Shown one piece after another: positions 61,215 to 64,000 of a stretch of 64,000 bases of DNA. Source of the stretch: the human T2T-CHM13v2.0 reference genome, Homo sapiens. The stretch lies in assembly GCF_009914755.1 (NCBI RefSeq), contig NC_060930.1, one strand, 5' to 3'. Every line of letters starts with the position of its first letter. The first letter of the stretch is position 1. Both the position numbers and the translations under genes were made by a program. The notes under the pieces were generated by a model that did no database searches, had not been told where the DNA came from, and saw only the letters and a program-made list of their open reading frames with translations.

Positions 61215-61253
<39 letters not shown>

Positions 61254-61294
61254 AAAGAGAGAGAGAAAGAGAGAGAGGGAAAGACAGAGAGAGA
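61215..61294. repeat. (AC)18 microsatellite followed by imperfect (GA)n
   Basis: Perfect AC x18 at 61215-61250. Confidence 0.95.
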
Positions 61295-61789
61295 ATTCAA
61301 TTTCTTTCAGGGACCCTCAAGTAGTCTTTTCTGACCATTACTGGCTATTGATTAAAACCAAAAAAAAAGCTCTCCTCCTACCTCTCACCCCCACCAAAGT
61401 GAGGTACAACTTCCTAGACTCAGTCAGGTCAGCTCGCCTGTACCAAATGCCCTGGGAAGCAGAGGCCAGAACATCCCTGCTTTGGACACAAAATAAAGGC
61501 AGAAGTAGCCCTTAGATGTGGGAACTTCACATCCTGATAGAGGAGACTTGACAAACAAGTATTGCACCCACAGAAAACTCCTGAGAAGCATGCTGTGGAG
61601 GAAAGGAGGGATTAAAAGCTCAGGTGGACCTAAGCACAGCCTGGACCAAGGAAAGAGAGGGAAGGCCTCTACCTGTGGCCACACTGCAAGGTGGAGGCTG
61701 GAGCAGCGTGGCATCATTACAGTTAATGATACCACACTGGCGTGATGAAGGGCCAAGTGTGCCAAATTCACCGGACACTCGGAATTCCT

Positions 61790-61985
61790 CAGGCATTGCT
61801 CCAAGTTCTTCACATGGACTAGCCATTTAATTCTCATGTCATAGGCACTGTTACAACTTCCCTTCCACTTTCTACATGAGAAAACTTAGGGACAGAGAGA
61901 CTAAGTAGCTTGCCCACAGGGACACAGCTGGTCAGTGGTGGACCAGGCAGTCTGAACGGCAGAGCCTGTTCTCTGAACCACTTTC
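61790..61985 (-). mobile_element. MIR
   Basis: ccatttaattctca...catgagaaaacttagggacagagagactaagtagcttgcccacagggacacagctgg. Confidence 0.75.
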
Positions 61986-62106
61986 GAACATTCCAGGGGG
62001 CCAGGAACACTGAGACCCAGTGTTAGCTCTGCCAGCAGCTATGTGACCAATCACTTCTGCTAGGTCTCCATCCTCTCACTGTGAGATGGGCTCAATGAAC
62101 TAGACG

Positions 62107-62280
62107 AGTTGTTCTCACGTTTTGGGGGTCATGGACTCTTATGAGAAATGGTGAAAGCTCCCCCAAGGAAAATGTGAATTGCACATTTTCATGGAAATGT
62201 CCATGTAACACAAGAGGGCTCCCCAGACCCTGAGACCCCCCCACTCCCCCCAACTGCTGATCCATGGACTAGCAACTCTA
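62107..62280. mobile_element. Charlie4z-like hAT element
   Basis: ttttgggggtcatggactcttatgagaaatggtgaaagct...atccatggac. Confidence 0.6.
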
Positions 62281-62324
62281 TGGAGAGTTCAAATAGTAGC
62301 TTTGGCAGTACCTGGCTCTGCAAC

Positions 62325-62535
62325 GGCAGGCGGACAAGATCTGTGCAGGCTCTGAAGTCAGCTCTATGGCCCTGGACAAATATGGAACTGTCCTGTGCTT
62401 CAGTTTCCCCTCTGGAAAATGGACCTCATAATAACAATATTTCATAAAGATTTTATGAGACTTGGCTGAGAAAATACACACAGTGAGCTCAGGATGGTGC
62501 CTGACACATATCAGGTATTGCTATTATTATTGTTG
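62325..62535 (+). mobile_element. MIR
   Basis: ctgtgcttcagtttcccctctggaaaatgg...gtgcctgacacata...gctattattatt. Confidence 0.75.
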
Positions 62536-62664
62536 GCGCTCATTCCTCACCTTCCTTCTAGGGTCATCACTCTCCCCAGGTCTCTGGGCCCAGGCTTTGG
62601 GCAAGGTGACCCATAGCCTGTGGTCTAGAACAGGGGACCTCTTGGCCAAGACCAAGACAGATAC

Positions 62665-62885
62665 CACTTACTGAGCACTTCCTAAATGCCAGGTGCCCCG
62701 CGCCCATCTTAGAAAATCCCTAGGCAATGAGTACCAGGATCTCATTTCACAGATGAGGCGCCTGAGGCTCAGAAAGCTGGAACCAGCTGGAACCACTTGC
62801 CCCCAGGCCCATGATATAGTGGCAGAGCTGGGACTTGGACTGAGATCTTTCTGACTACAAAGCCCAGGCTTTTAATCACCACTCT
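62665..62885 (-). mobile_element. MIR
   Basis: cacttactgagcacttcctaaatgccagg...ctcatttcacagatgaggcgcctgaggctcaga...gtggcagagctgggacttg. Confidence 0.8.
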
Positions 62886-64000
62886 AGTTTACCTTCCTTG
62901 GGCAGCTGCAGGTCGAGCCTTGGGTCTTGGAGTCATCCCAGAAAGCAAGATAAGGTCAAGAAGAGAGAGTTTCTATAGCATGGGAAGCCTCAGTGGCTGC
63001 CACCTTGTTATGGGATCATAAACCTGTGATCCCTCTGGGTCTCAGCCACCTCGCCTGCCTGTCAAATGAGATGATGAAAGGGAATGCCCTTTGGGAGGCA
63101 TTCTGAGCATTTACAACCAGGCTTCATGATGATTACCATCATTATCATGACTATTATGATTGCTCATCCTGAGTTAGGCAGGCAGCTGTGTCCTGAATGC
63201 CTGGGGAGAGCTTAGAGCAGCCTGGAACCTAGGCTGTGACCAGGACCCAGAATTCCAAAGAGAAGGGAAGGGTGGGGTATGGACTGTCCCTGCCATTGCC
63301 TTGGTGTTCCTTGGGGGTGGTTGGAAACCCGCCTGGGGTCAGGAGACATCCCCACTGCAGCCTGTTGGAAAATGGCTTTGACATGACCCCATTAACCACC
63401 ACTTACCTCTCCTCCCCATCCAGACACATCCTTGGCCGGGGGTGGGACTATGAGCCAGGCACCCTCCTCCTGCCCTCCAGCTGACCCAGGTTGATCTGTC
63501 TGTTAACTGCTTAGCTGCACAGTCTACATTGGTGGGAGGTGCAGGTGGGGAGGAAGGAGAACAGGAAGGGGTGCAGGCCCCACATTTGCTGACAATGCAC
63601 TGAGACTCTTATTATGCCCATCTCATCACTGTTCTCAGAGTGTTTTGAGTGAGTGTAGAGAACCCAGGTCAGCCAAAGCTTCCTTTGATGTGCACAATGC
63701 AGAGAAAAAATAATTCGATTAGGGAAAGGGGACAGTAAGAAAGACAAGGAGAAGGAGGTCACCTGGTATTGCAGCTGGCTCAGCGATGCAGAAGCCAATG
63801 GGTCCAGCCTGAGTGAGAATGTTAGAAAGACACTGTGCAGGCCCAGTATGGAGTCAGGTGGGGAGATGGAAATAAAGAAGTTCATGGTCAATGGCCAGCT
63901 GCATGTGACCAGTCACCGGAGGTTCTGCTTCAAGCAGAGGCAGAGCAGGAGACCCGGAAAGGCTCAGAGGCTCCTGCCTGAGGGGTGAGGCCTGGGCAAA

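Overview
Primate (human-like) non-coding genomic DNA, read by eye without database searches. It is CpG-depleted and has no CpG island, credible protein-coding exon, rRNA, tRNA or CRISPR array. The longer ORFs in the track are chance frames across Alu, MIR, L2, LTR or tandem-repeat sequence. Much of the window is interspersed repeat: 7 Alus, many MIR/MIR3 and L2 fragments, L1PA and L1M 3' ends, MLT1/LTR16/LTR33 solo LTRs, and DNA transposons (MER5, MER47, MER103, MER104, MER112-like, Charlie4z-like). Repeat subfamily names come from recalled consensus sequences and need RepeatMasker/Dfam confirmation; old-repeat boundaries are approximate. The most unusual structures are: (1) a ~220-bp inverted duplication (39157-39377 / 40131-40356) of a MER104 plus its MIR flank, with patchy identity suggesting gene conversion or recurrent inversion of the ~750-bp spacer; (2) two minisatellites that arose inside ancient transposons, 10 x 64/66 bp from a MIR core and 14 x ~54 bp with dimeric higher-order structure inside a MER112-like element; (3) a series of repeat-free, AT-rich islands dense in POU/homeodomain/PBX-MEIS/SOX/FOX motifs plus a perfect RFX X-box, consistent with an intronic or gene-desert enhancer landscape. 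I find no evidence for a novel protein-based system and cannot identify the locus from sequence alone.
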